A program made the position numbers and the translations under genes. A stretch of DNA of 62,293 nucleotides, filler included. It is 6 parts of 6 records of this genome, joined end to end, with 100 filler letters (N's around TTAATTAATTAA, not from the genome) between each part and the next. Parts side by side here need not be neighbours in the genome. Positions count along the whole stretch, not along the records: positions 26,271 to 33,034 come from SRR31156797_8725; positions 33,135 to 48,873 come from SRR31156797_8726; 4 more parts are not named here. The stretch is one strand, 5' to 3'. Under the pieces are notes generated by a model. The model was not told where the DNA came from, searched no databases, and saw only the letters and a program-made list of their open reading frames with translations. Positions 29,074 through 39,273 of this stretch are shown here, piece by piece (within the stretch, counting starts at the first letter, position 1; the number at the start of each line of letters is the position of its first letter).

Positions 29074-29784
29074 ATGTTAAAGGTTTATGAATCCGAAAAA
29101 TTGAGGGGCGTTACAGGGCCTGCCATTCGGCCGGGAGGGTTTGAACTGACTGAAAAAGGGGTCTCTCTCTGCCGCCTGTCAAAAGGTGCTTCCGTTCTGG
29201 ATGTGGGTTGCGGCGCCGGCGCAACCACAGAATATCTGATTGCGCGCCACGGATTGAACGTATTCGGAATGGATTTATCGGAGTTGCTCCTAGGGGAGGG
29301 GCGTGGGAGAAATCGCAGCCTGCCTTTGATCCGCGGGGATGCGTCCCTTATCCCCATGCCTGATGCCGGTCTTTCCGCCATATTCTGTGAGTGCGTCCTT
29401 TCCCTCACAAGGGAACCGGAAACCGTGTTGAAAGAATTTTTCAGAATCATTGAGCCCGGAGGATATCTTATTGTCGCCGATATTTATTTGCGGATCCCGG
29501 GTGAGGGCGAAAATTTCGGGCGTCTCTCGTTTAATTGCTGTTTGAAAGGGGCCGTGACCCGGAACCGAATACAAGAAATGGTTTCAAAGGCGGGCTTCAC
29601 GCATCTTACCTGGGAAGACCATTCGGATTTATTGAAAAAACTCGCTGTCCGGATGATCTTCGCGTATGGATCCATGGAAAAATTCTGGTCCTCTTTTTGC
29701 GGAGGGACCGAATCGATGGGGATTGCGGCAAACGTCAAAAAATACCGTCCGGGCTATTATTTTCTGGCGGCGAAAAGGAGGTGA
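29074..29784 (+). CDS. Class I SAM-dependent methyltransferase (DVU_1556-like)
   Basis: RPGG, VLDVGCGAG, ECVLSL, PGGYL, CCLKGA. Alternative TTG start at 29068. Confidence 0.88.
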   Translation: MLKVYESEKLRGVTGPAIRPGGFELTEKGVSLCRLSKGASVLDVGCGAGATTEYLIARHGLNVFGMDLSELLLGEGRGRNRSLPLIRGDASLIPMPDAGLSAIFCECVLSLTREPETVLKEFFRIIEPGGYLIVADIYLRIPGEGENFGRLSFNCCLKGAVTRNRIQEMVSKAGFTHLTWEDHSDLLKKLAVRMIFAYGSMEKFWSSFCGGTESMGIAANVKKYRPGYYFLAAKRR

Positions 29785-29788
29785 ATCA

Positions 29789-30232
29789 TTGGATGAACAC
29801 ATGATTCGAATGATGCAGCTTGGAGGCAAGGGATACGTTTGCAGCCAGATTATGGTGAAACTGGCGCTGGAATTGAGGGGAGAGGAAAACCCCTCTCTCG
29901 TCCGCGCCATGGCCGGTCCCGGGTACGGTTGCGGGAGCGGCGCCGGAACTTGCGGCGCCATGGTGGGCGGAAGCTGCCTTTTGGCCCTATACGCAGCCAA
30001 AGGCGCCGGTGAGGAAACCGCATCGGATCGCCTGGCGCTGATGCAAAGCGAACTTTCCGACTGGTTTTCCCAACGGGTGGGCGAAAAGTACGGTGGTATT
30101 GTGTGCGAAACCATTCTTGGAGGGGAAGGCCCTGCCGCCTCCATTGCCGCATGCGGCGCCATCGTCTCTGAGACATACAAAAAGGCAATGGATATTCTGG
30201 CATCAAACGGGATCGACCCCGCAGCCGTATGA
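29789..30232 (+). CDS. C-GCAxxG-C-C family protein (DVU_1555-like)
   Basis: AGGAGG RBS followed by TTG; GYVCSQ, TCGAMVGG, C..IL..C pattern. Confidence 0.85.
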   Translation: MDEHMIRMMQLGGKGYVCSQIMVKLALELRGEENPSLVRAMAGPGYGCGSGAGTCGAMVGGSCLLALYAAKGAGEETASDRLALMQSELSDWFSQRVGEKYGGIVCETILGGEGPAASIAACGAIVSETYKKAMDILASNGIDPAAV

Positions 30233-31632
30233 AACAGGCGATAAAAAACGACCCCCATAAAACCGAAAGCCTCTGTCCGGTGTGCTTGCGTAAAATTTCC
30301 GCTCGAATCATAATGCGCGGGAACACCGCCTTTCTTGAAAAAATGTGCCCCACCCACGGTCTGTTCAGCGCGCCCATCTGGCGCGGGTCGCCCGCCTTTG
30401 AATCGTGGAAGCGTCCCAAGATACCCCTTAGAGCTTTTCGTGCATTCACGGAAAAGAAAAACGGCTGTCCCTTTGACTGCGGTCTCTGCCCGGACCACCG
30501 CCAACGTTCCTGCACCATCTTGATGGAGGTCACCCAAAGATGCAATTTGAATTGTCCCGTGTGCTACGCCGACGCGGGGGGCGGCCCAAACCGGGACCCT
30601 TCCCTGGATGAGATCCGAGAATTGTATGGCGCCGCCCGGAAAGCCGGTGAAAATTCAAACATTCAACTTTCCGGAGGCGAGCCCACGGTGAGAGACGATC
30701 TTCCGGAAATCGTCGCCATGGGACGCAAGAATGGTTTTGCATTCATTCAGCTCAATACCAACGGATTGAGAATCGCCCGTGATGGGGCGTACATTCGCGC
30801 TCTTAAGAAAGCGGGGCTTGCTTCCGTATTTCTCCAGTTCGACGGGGTGGATGATGAGGTCTATGAAAAGCTCAGAGGGCGAAAACTTTTAAAGGAAAAA
30901 CTCGCGGCCATCAATGCATGCGGTGAAAACGGAATCGGGGTGGTGCTGACCCCGACCCTTGTACCCGGGATCAACACCGGGAGTATGGGCGGCATCTTAA
31001 GAAAAGCGGTTGAATTGACGCCCACGGTACGGTCCGTTCATTTTCAACCCATCAGCTATTTCGGCAGGTATCCTGTTGGCGAGGGAGAAAGAAAGCGCAT
31101 GACCCTTCCCGAAATCATGTGCGCCGTTGAGTCCCAGAGTGATAAAATGTTCAAAAGGGAGCACTTCAAACCGCCCGGTTGCGAAAACGCCCTATGCTCC
31201 TTTAACGGAAACTTTTTGGTACTGCCGGGCGGCCACGTCATGCCGCTTCAAGAGAGGGCGGCCCCAAGCTGTTGTTCCGGTTCAATTAATCCGGCGCCCA
31301 TTAAAGCGGAGGAAGGCGCCGAGAAGGCCATTTCTTACGTTGCCCGTCAATGGGCCGCCCCGAAAGGGGAAAACCTTATGAAAATATCCGAAAATGTTTT
31401 CAACACCAAAAGCGGTGAAAAATGCCCATCCCTGTCCCTGGATGATTTCATCTTGAGAGCGAAAACCCATACATTTTCCGTTTCCGCCATGGCTTTTCAG
31501 GATGTCTGGAATGTGGATTTAAACCGGGTGTGCGATTGCTGCATCCATGTGATGTCTCCCGAAAAAAAACTGATCCCCTTTTGCCTTTACAACCTGACCA
31601 ACGCAAAGGGCGAGGGTTTATACCGAAAATGA
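30229..31632 (+). CDS. trsS: Radical SAM protein, Tes/MJ0619-like (TrsS/DVU_1554 family)
   Basis: TESLCPVC..CPTHG, GCPFDCGLCPDH, CNLNCPVC, SGGEPT, and C-terminal CDCCIH..IPFCLYN. Confidence 0.8.
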   Translation: MKQAIKNDPHKTESLCPVCLRKISARIIMRGNTAFLEKMCPTHGLFSAPIWRGSPAFESWKRPKIPLRAFRAFTEKKNGCPFDCGLCPDHRQRSCTILMEVTQRCNLNCPVCYADAGGGPNRDPSLDEIRELYGAARKAGENSNIQLSGGEPTVRDDLPEIVAMGRKNGFAFIQLNTNGLRIARDGAYIRALKKAGLASVFLQFDGVDDEVYEKLRGRKLLKEKLAAINACGENGIGVVLTPTLVPGINTGSMGGILRKAVELTPTVRSVHFQPISYFGRYPVGEGERKRMTLPEIMCAVESQSDKMFKREHFKPPGCENALCSFNGNFLVLPGGHVMPLQERAAPSCCSGSINPAPIKAEEGAEKAISYVARQWAAPKGENLMKISENVFNTKSGEKCPSLSLDDFILRAKTHTFSVSAMAFQDVWNVDLNRVCDCCIHVMSPEKKLIPFCLYNLTNAKGEGLYRK

Positions 31633-33034
31633 AAAGCCCGGAAATAACGCCCCTTGAAAGTTGGATCGCAAATAAGATCGGTTTATATGAAGGCCGAGGC
31701 TTAACATGGGAAAACCTTGCCCGGTACCAGCTTGGTAAAATAAATGAAACCATTCGGTATGCAAGCCGAAACAGCCCGTTTTACAAACGGCGTTTTTCCT
31801 GCGGTTCTTCCGGGAGTCTTTCGGGTTTGCGTGATTTATCCCGATTGCCCTTCACCTCGGCAGAGGACATTCTGCGCGATCCGTATCAATTCTTATGCGT
31901 GTCCCAAGACCGGGTCGCCAGGGTGGTGACCCTTCGCACAACGGGAACCACCCACAATCCCAAGCGCATCTTTTTTACGGATTCCGATCTGGAACTGACC
32001 GTCGATTTCTTTCATCACGGTATGTCCACCCTGGTCCGTCCCGGCCAAAGGGTGTTGATTTTGATGCCGGGCGAACTGCCCGGAAGCGTGGGAGACCTTC
32101 TGGTAAAGGGGCTTGCCAGGATGGACGTCCGGGGTTTTGTCCATGGGCCGGTTCACGACAATTCCGCCGTCGTCAATGAGATTTTCCATCATAAAATTGA
32201 TTGCCTCGTGGGCATTCCCGTGCAAGTCATGGGTCTGGCAAGAAGCGCCAGGGGTTCGGCCATGGGGCCGGGGCGCATTAAAAGCGTTTTGCTTAGCGCC
32301 GATTATGTTCCCCAAGCCGTCATAAGTGAGATTAAACGGGTTTGGGAATGCAGGGTGTTTCAACACTACGGCATGACTGAAACCGGTTTGGGGGGCGGCG
32401 TCGAATGCAAGGCTTTCTCCGGATACCATTTAAGAGAGGCGGATCTCTATTATGAAGTGGTCGATCCTGCAGATGGCCTGCCGGTTCCCGACGGTGAGAC
32501 GGGAGAGGTGGTTTTCACCACCCTTACCCGACAAGGCATGCCCTTGATACGGTATCGCACGGGGGATCTTGCTTCATTCGTTCCGGCGCCTTGCCCATGC
32601 GGAAGCATACTCAGGCGCATGAGCCCGGTTCGAGGGCGTATGGGCGGGGTTGCCGGCCTGGAAGGTGCATCCGGGATTTCAATGCCGGACCTGGATGAGG
32701 CCGTGTTTGCCGTTTCCGGCGTAATGAATTATCAGGCGGAAGTTTTTGCCGGGAAAAATCATGACCATCTGAAAATAAGCGTTTACACGGATGCGGAAAA
32801 TTTGGCATTAATACCCGAGAAGGTTCATGAAGCCGTAATGAGAGTTTCCCAAATACGGGATGCTGTCCATGGAAAGGCACTTTTGGTTGATACCATAGAC
32901 CATGGTCCGCCTGAGCCCCCCACGACCGGTGCGGCCAAACGCCAAATTATCGACCGGAGAAAAAATGCCCCATTGATCCAGCTAAAGGATCCGTTTCCGG
33001 ATCATCACCGGTCTGGCCCGGCCGGATTCGGGCA
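31629..33034 (+). CDS. PaaK-like AMP-dependent CoA ligase (DVU_1553-like); no stop before contig end
   Basis: SPFYK, TTGTT..PKR, YGMTE, PLIRYRTGDL; ATGA overlap with the radical SAM gene. Confidence 0.88.
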
Positions 33035-33134
33035 NNNNNNNNNNNNNNNNNNNNNNNNNNNNNNNNNNNNNNNNNNNNTTAATTAATTAANNNNNNNNNN
33101 NNNNNNNNNNNNNNNNNNNNNNNNNNNNNNNNNN
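33035..33134. other. Artificial contig spacer
   Basis: 44 N + TTAATTAATTAA + 44 N. Confidence 0.99.
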
Positions 33135-34535
33135 GGGCTGATGGGTCGGACCGTCTTCACCGACCCAGAAGGAGTCATGGGTGAAGACATACAACACTGG
33201 CAGTTTTTGCAGCGCGGACATGCGAATGGCATTGCGGCAGTAATCGGCAAAGGTCAGGAAGGTTGCGCCGAAAGGCATCAAGCCGCCGTGCAACTGCAAA
33301 CCGTTCATGATGGCAGCCATGGGGAATTCGCGTACGCCGAAGGCGAGGTTGCGGGAACCGTATCCGGTCACGCCGAAGTCGCCGTAAGTGTCGCGGAAGT
33401 GCTGTGTCTGGTTGGACGGATCGAGGTCAGCAGAGCCGCCTACCAGCGTGGGCAGGGATTCCATGACTGAATTCAGGCAGGCACCCCAAGCTTTGCGAGT
33501 GGCCATGGTTTCACCGGGAGTGAACTCGGGCCAGTCGATCTTGCGCTCGGAGCGCGGCATGGTGACTTCTTTCCACATGGCGGCAAATTCGGGGTCGGCC
33601 ATCTTTTTGTCGACCATGGCCTGCCAGTCGGCAGCGTTTTTGCGCAGTCCGTCAAAGCGGGATTGGAAGTCTGCAACCACGTCCTCGGGAACATAGAAAT
33701 CTTCGGCGGGCAGGCCAAGTTTTTCCTTGGTAGCTGAAATTTCCTCAGTGGACAGCGGAGAGCCATGGGTTTTGTGGCTGCCTTCCATGGTGGCGCAGCC
33801 TTTGGCCATGGTGGTGTGACCGATGATCAAGGTGGGCTTACCCGTTTCGAGCTGGCCTTCTTTGATGGCAGCACGAATTTCGTCTTGATTGTGTCCATCC
33901 ACTTCCAGAACCTGCCAGCACATGCCTTCGAAGACCTTGCGGTGATCGGTGCAATCGACCTGACTACAGGGGCTGGCGAGCTGAATTTTGTTGGAATCAT
34001 AGTAGACGATGAGCTTGCCAAGTCCCCACAGACCAGCCAGAGATGCGGCACCGAGAGCCACAGGCTCCTGAATGTCACCGTCACAGGACAGGGCATAGGT
34101 GTAATGGTCCATGACATCGCTGCCGAGTTTGTCACGCAGGTGCGCTTCGGCGGCGGCAAAGCCTACGGATACGGCGAAGCCCTGACCCAGCGGGCCGGAT
34201 GTTGCTTCCACGCCTGGAGTCTCGTTCACTTCGGGATGGCCGGGGGTGCGGGAACCGAGCTGGCGGAATTCCTTGAGGTCGTCAAGGCTGAGCAGACCGT
34301 TCAGGTGCAGCAGGCTGTAGAGCAGCATGGACTCGTGTCCGGCGGCCATGATGAAGCGGTCCCGGTTGAACCATTTGGTGTCATCCGGGTTGGTGTTCAG
34401 GAACTCGGAGAACAGGATAGTGGCATAGTCTGAGGAGGACATTGCGCCGCCCGGATGGCCGGAATTGGCCTTGGCAACGCCGTCCATGATCAACCCTTTG
34501 ACCACGGCGATGGTCTTGTCCGTCATCTGTGTCAT
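33135..34535 (-). CDS. tkt: Transketolase (3'-partial)
   Basis: SGHPGG, NRDRF..GH, TPGHPE, GPLGQG, GSADL, FGVREF, THDS..GEDGPTHQP. Confidence 0.98.
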
Positions 34536-34560
34536 CTTGATATACCCTTTCTAAAAGTTG

Positions 34561-35001
34561 TTATTGGGAAACTGTGTCGATGAGATCGATGCGCCGCTGG
34601 TGTCGATCACCACCGAACTCTGTTTCCAGAAAATCTTTGAGAATCCCCAGGGCCAACCCCTGGCCGGTGACGCGTTCTCCGAGGCAGAGGACGCGAGCAT
34701 CGTTGTGCTCGCGGGCCATGCGAGCGAGAAATTCATTGGTGCACAGGGCTGCACGGACGCCCATACGATTGGCGGTCATGGTCATGCCCTGACCTGTTCC
34801 GCAGATGAGTACGCCGAGCTTTGTGTCGTCTGCCTTGACTTTTTCGCAGACTTTGGCCGCAAAAAGCGGATAGTCGCAGGAGTCCAGACAGTCCGGCCCT
34901 TCGTCCTCCACCTGATACCCCCATTCCTTGAGAGTCTTGATGAACAGGGCTTTGAGATTGAAGCCCCCGTGGTCGGAGCCGATGACGATGGTTTTGCTCA
35001 C
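34561..35001 (-). CDS. rpiB: Ribose 5-phosphate isomerase B
   Basis: GSDHGG, DYP, ICGTGQG, AREHNDA, GDRHQRR. Confidence 0.97.
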   Translation of the reverse strand: MSKTIVIGSDHGGFNLKALFIKTLKEWGYQVEDEGPDCLDSCDYPLFAAKVCEKVKADDTKLGVLICGTGQGMTMTANRMGVRAALCTNEFLARMAREHNDARVLCLGERVTGQGLALGILKDFLETEFGGDRHQRRIDLIDTVSQ

Positions 35002-35064
35002 AGCATTTTCCCCTTTGCCGTTCGGTGACGTGGCAACGAATGCCCGTCTGTTTTCGAACAGCCC

Positions 35065-35379
35065 TTAACCTTGATTGTTGTCGTGCAGGTCCTTCATGCG
35101 TTCTTCACGGTCGCCTGCCAATTCGCTTTTGAGGGTGGCAATCTCTTCCTTCAGGAAGGCGATTTGCTTGAGGCAGAGTTCCTTCTCGGCCTTTTTTCCT
35201 CTAGGCTCCTCAGCGATACGTCCGAGCATGCCATATTCCCGATCCAATTCTTTTTCAAGCCTTCTCACTTCAAAGCGGCCGAGCCAGGAACGGATCAACC
35301 ATTTCATTTCAGCTATCCAAGTCTTGAGTCCAAGCAGAAAGATTTCCGTGACGGATTCATTTTGGTTATTCTTATCCAT
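35065..35379 (-). CDS. Hypothetical coiled-coil protein
   Basis: 104-aa ORF overlapping the upstream stop by 1 nt; heptad-rich C-terminus. Confidence 0.7.
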   Translation of the reverse strand: MDKNNQNESVTEIFLLGLKTWIAEMKWLIRSWLGRFEVRRLEKELDREYGMLGRIAEEPRGKKAEKELCLKQIAFLKEEIATLKSELAGDREERMKDLHDNNQG

Positions 35380-36263
35380 TATTTATCCTCGTACACCACG
35401 GGGATTTCCCCGGTTTGTTGATCCTGATAGCCGTTGTCCAGTCGAATGGGAGAAATATTGTCCGGCAGGATCAGGTTGAGTGATTTGTCAGGCCATGGCG
35501 TAATCATAAGCTCACGGGACTTTATGTGCAAGACGCCCTTCTCTCCGTTGTCCAGAGCCAGAGAGATCTTGTCAGGGAGTGGTGCTTCGTCTGATGTTTT
35601 TTCTTCGAATCGGTTAATTTCAAGCAGCCATTTGTGGGCATTTTCGTATGATTTGGTTGTTATGCCCTCGACCCGAACAGGACGGCCTACAACGTCGAGT
35701 GTAATGGAAGAGACCAGCCCGTTGTCAAAGGTGAAAACATATCCTCCCTGTGAAGAGGTAACCCGGTCGGCGGTCGTGTATCGTTTTGGAGCCAGCCCGG
35801 AAAAGTCGCCGACCAGAACGTTGCCCAGTTGGGATAGAGAAAATGGAAAGGGCATGCCCAGGCGGGTTGCTCCCAACACCGGATTAACATGGGTATAGGC
35901 CTCCTCGTCGGAGGGATAGAAAACCAACAGCCCTTTGTTGTCTTCTCGAATGTGCGCCAGAAGTTTTCCGATGGAGGCTGCCACGTCCAAACGCATTGCC
36001 CCGTCGAAATCGCCCCACATGGTCATGATGGTTCGATTGGTCCGTTTGCGGGGTTTTATGCGGGTGTAATAGAGGCTCGCCTTGACTTTCATGCCTGCGG
36101 CTTTGGGTGAAACGCAATAGTGCCGCCTGAATGATTTCCAAGCGGCGTCTGGGGTGTTCATGACTGTGCCGGGTGGGGTTTTCGGTGTGCAACCGAATGC
36201 CATAACCAGCAGCAGGGCGACCACTGATGTCGCCAAAGGCTTCAACAGGGTCTGATAACTCAT
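35379..36263 (-). CDS. Lipoprotein, possibly LolB/LolA-fold
   Basis: Lipobox MAFGC; beta-rich segments (MRLDVAASIG..IRED..LLVFYP); follows a TPR lipoprotein. Confidence 0.65.
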   Translation of the reverse strand: MSYQTLLKPLATSVVALLLVMAFGCTPKTPPGTVMNTPDAAWKSFRRHYCVSPKAAGMKVKASLYYTRIKPRKRTNRTIMTMWGDFDGAMRLDVAASIGKLLAHIREDNKGLLVFYPSDEEAYTHVNPVLGATRLGMPFPFSLSQLGNVLVGDFSGLAPKRYTTADRVTSSQGGYVFTFDNGLVSSITLDVVGRPVRVEGITTKSYENAHKWLLEINRFEEKTSDEAPLPDKISLALDNGEKGVLHIKSRELMITPWPDKSLNLILPDNISPIRLDNGYQDQQTGEIPVVYEDK

Positions 36264-38014
36264 AGGTCTTTCAGCTTCTTTCTGATCATGTCAGCGTCCG
36301 CGTGTCCAAATTTAAGGGCGAAGTTGTAGCCCTTGCGCGCTTCCTTGATCTTGCCTGCGGCAACAGCAATGTCGCCATAATGTTCCCAAATGGTCGGGTC
36401 CGTATTTACCACGTCGACTGCATAGCGAACATATTCCCACGCCTTGTCGAGATTCCCCTTCCTGAAATGGACCCACGCGACGGAATCAAGGATATACCCG
36501 TTTTCAGGGTCAAGAGCAGAAGCCTTGGTGACTAACACCAGAGCACGATCCAGTTCGCGATTTTCTTCAGCCAGTGTGTAGCCGACATAGTTCAAGGCAT
36601 TGGCGTGATCCGGGTGGGACCGAATCACAGTTTCCATCAAAGCCAGCCCTTCGGTTCGTTTTCCCATGGCCTCATAGGTCATGGCCAGCTCGTAGGTCAG
36701 TTCCGGGTCGTTCTTCAGTCGGGCAAGGCCCTGTTTCAGGGCTTTTTCGGATCCGGTAAGATTCCTGTTATGTTTGTGCAGGGTCGACTCAAGGATGTAG
36801 AAAATAGGTGCGTCGGGATACAATTCCTTGCCTTTGACCGCGATCTCCAGAGCTTCCTTTTTTTTACCCTGAAGGCTGAAAAGTTGAGCCTTGAATCGCA
36901 ACGCATGTGGATAGAGTCGATCTGTCTCGGCGACCTTGCTGAGATAGTCCAGCGCTTTGTCTGGGTCATTTTCGCCTTCGTCAGCGATGACCGCTTTATA
37001 GAAATAGTATTCCGCCGGGGTGGTTCCGTCCGATGTCAGCATATCCAACGCCGTGGACCCCTGAGCAAAGAAGTCGTCGTTGATGAACATGAGTACCGCG
37101 TCGAGAATAAAGCTTTTGGAGGGCGGACCGTCCAGCGTCAATTGTAACGCCTTGGCCGGATTGTTCAGTTTGAGGTTGAGATTGATGAGCCGAAGTCGGG
37201 CCTCGGGAAAGGAGCCATTCTGTTCCAGTATAGAGGTGTAAATTTTTTCGGCGGAGACGTAATCCTTGGCCAGTTCATATTGGAAGGCTAGCTCGACCAA
37301 GGCTTCAGAAAATTCCGGGTCCATGGCGATGGCCTTTTTCAGGCTGGCAATAGCTGCCTTGCGCATGCCGAGGTTCCCCTGCACGCGGCCCATGATGTAG
37401 ATGGCATCGGCGCTGCGTTCTTTTTCGGGAATTTGTTTGAGAACATCAAGAGCTTGAGCGTCCTTGCCAGCGTCCATGAGCATTTGGCCAAGCCGTTCGC
37501 GGGCTTGAATGTCGTCAGGACGTTTGGCCAAGTATTCGTTCATGACGTTGATGGCGTCTTCCACACGATTGTCTGCGATATAGGAGTTGGCCAGATAAAT
37601 GGTCAGCATTTGATCGTCTGGGAAGAGTGCCAGCCCTTCCTTGAGCGTTGCTCGGGAACGGCTTGTGCCTTCCGGATGATTCCAGAACAACCCTGCTTTT
37701 TCCAAATACAATTCGGGAGAAGGCTCCACGGCCAGAATACGGTCAAGGGCCTCAACTGCATTGATATGGAGCTGATTGGCTTCTTCGTCGGTCAACGGAC
37801 TTCGTTTGCCTTGGGTTACATGTCGCTGCAACTGCTGCATCTGATCCCGGTACAGGAGATAGTCGTAGTTCAGTTGTGCGGACTGGCTTAGAGGCCGGGA
37901 CGCTGGGGATATTGTTGAAGTCTTCTTTTGGGCGCAACCGGTGAGAGCCAAGAGTGCGAGAAGCACTAAGGCTGCCATCGTTGCGTGAAATTCAATCCGG
38001 TGCGTGTGTGTCAT
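36260..38014 (-). CDS. TPR-repeat lipoprotein
   Basis: Lipobox LTGC; many TPRs; C-terminal ALNYVGYTLAE..PENGYILDSVAWV..EHYGD. Confidence 0.9.
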   Translation of the reverse strand: MTHTHRIEFHATMAALVLLALLALTGCAQKKTSTISPASRPLSQSAQLNYDYLLYRDQMQQLQRHVTQGKRSPLTDEEANQLHINAVEALDRILAVEPSPELYLEKAGLFWNHPEGTSRSRATLKEGLALFPDDQMLTIYLANSYIADNRVEDAINVMNEYLAKRPDDIQARERLGQMLMDAGKDAQALDVLKQIPEKERSADAIYIMGRVQGNLGMRKAAIASLKKAIAMDPEFSEALVELAFQYELAKDYVSAEKIYTSILEQNGSFPEARLRLINLNLKLNNPAKALQLTLDGPPSKSFILDAVLMFINDDFFAQGSTALDMLTSDGTTPAEYYFYKAVIADEGENDPDKALDYLSKVAETDRLYPHALRFKAQLFSLQGKKKEALEIAVKGKELYPDAPIFYILESTLHKHNRNLTGSEKALKQGLARLKNDPELTYELAMTYEAMGKRTEGLALMETVIRSHPDHANALNYVGYTLAEENRELDRALVLVTKASALDPENGYILDSVAWVHFRKGNLDKAWEYVRYAVDVVNTDPTIWEHYGDIAVAAGKIKEARKGYNFALKFGHADADMIRKKLKDL

Positions 38015-38047
38015 CCGTTTGTCCCGGTTGGAGCGGTCAAAGCACGA

Positions 38048-39079
38048 TTAGTCCTGCTCGACTACCCAGTCCTTGGAAAAGTCTTTGATTCTGCCGGTCA
38101 TGTGCTCACGGATTTTTACCAGTAATCTGGCTTCAATCTGTCGCACTCGCTCCCGTGTAACGCCAAATCGTTCGCCGATTTCACGCAGAGTCACGGGGTC
38201 TTCGGAAAGCAACCTGTCATCAAGAATGGTTGCTTCCTTTTCATTAAGGGTAGGGCGGATTTCCTTGAGGTTGTCCAGCAGGAGATCCACAATCTGATTG
38301 TTGGCGATAGACTCTTCAACACCCGGTCCCAACGTGGGCAGAAAGTCCATTTTGGTGGCATCGGAGTCTTCGCCCAATGGAGTGTTCAGCGACATGTCAT
38401 TCTTGGACAGACGTTGGTCCATTTCGACAATTTCGGATTCGGATACGCCGAGTCGCTCGCTCAGGACTTCAGTCGTTGGATCGAAACCCATGGTCTGGAG
38501 TCGTTGCCGTTCCTTGTTCAGGTTGTAAAACAACTTCCGTTGCGTCTGGGTGGTCCCGATCTTGACCATCCGCCAGTTGTCCATGATGTATTTCAGGATG
38601 TAAGCTTTGACCCAGAATGCAGCATAGTAGGAAAATTTGATGCCTTTTTCCGGGTCGAATTTGGTCACGGCCTTGAGCAGGCCGACATTGCCTTCCTGAA
38701 TAAGATCCAGTCCGTTCTGCATCCAGCGTCGTTGGAAATCCATGGCGATTTTGACCACCAGTCGCAGGTGGGAGGAAACGAGTTGGAATGCGGCATCCTG
38801 GTCGTTCTCTTCCTGTACACGTTTGGCGAGCGCATACTCTTCTTCCGGTTCCAACATGGGGAACCGAGCGATTTCCTTGAGATAAAGCTGTAAGGGATCC
38901 CGAACCCTGACCTCTTTGGAAGAGGGCATCGGGACAAATGCGGGGAGCTTCGACTCCAGCCCTGCGGCTTTGGCCGGGGCATTGATGGGGACAGCGTTCG
39001 GTTCCGGTATATCGAGGTTCTCTTCTTCGATATCTACGATTTCCGGTTCGACTGCGGTCTTTGTCTCTTGTGATGTCAT
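38048..39079 (-). CDS. rpoH: RNA polymerase sigma-32 factor
   Basis: DLIQEGNVGL, RpoH box TTQTQRKLFYNL, region 4 TLREIGERFGVTRERVRQIE. Confidence 0.88.
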   Translation of the reverse strand: MTSQETKTAVEPEIVDIEEENLDIPEPNAVPINAPAKAAGLESKLPAFVPMPSSKEVRVRDPLQLYLKEIARFPMLEPEEEYALAKRVQEENDQDAAFQLVSSHLRLVVKIAMDFQRRWMQNGLDLIQEGNVGLLKAVTKFDPEKGIKFSYYAAFWVKAYILKYIMDNWRMVKIGTTQTQRKLFYNLNKERQRLQTMGFDPTTEVLSERLGVSESEIVEMDQRLSKNDMSLNTPLGEDSDATKMDFLPTLGPGVEESIANNQIVDLLLDNLKEIRPTLNEKEATILDDRLLSEDPVTLREIGERFGVTRERVRQIEARLLVKIREHMTGRIKDFSKDWVVEQD

Positions 39080-39273
39080 GCTATATTTTGTGTGGGTGAT
39101 TGTTGGACCCAGTTCAATACTTAATATAAAGAGCGAAAAAGGGACACTATAGATTTTATTTGACCTTATCAATGTTTTTCGGGGGTGCCGACTATGTGCA
39201 AAACCTTGCCTTTTCTTGCATCCCGCGTATTTTTCTCGCTGAGAAAATACTTGATTTTTCGTGTTTCTATAGC

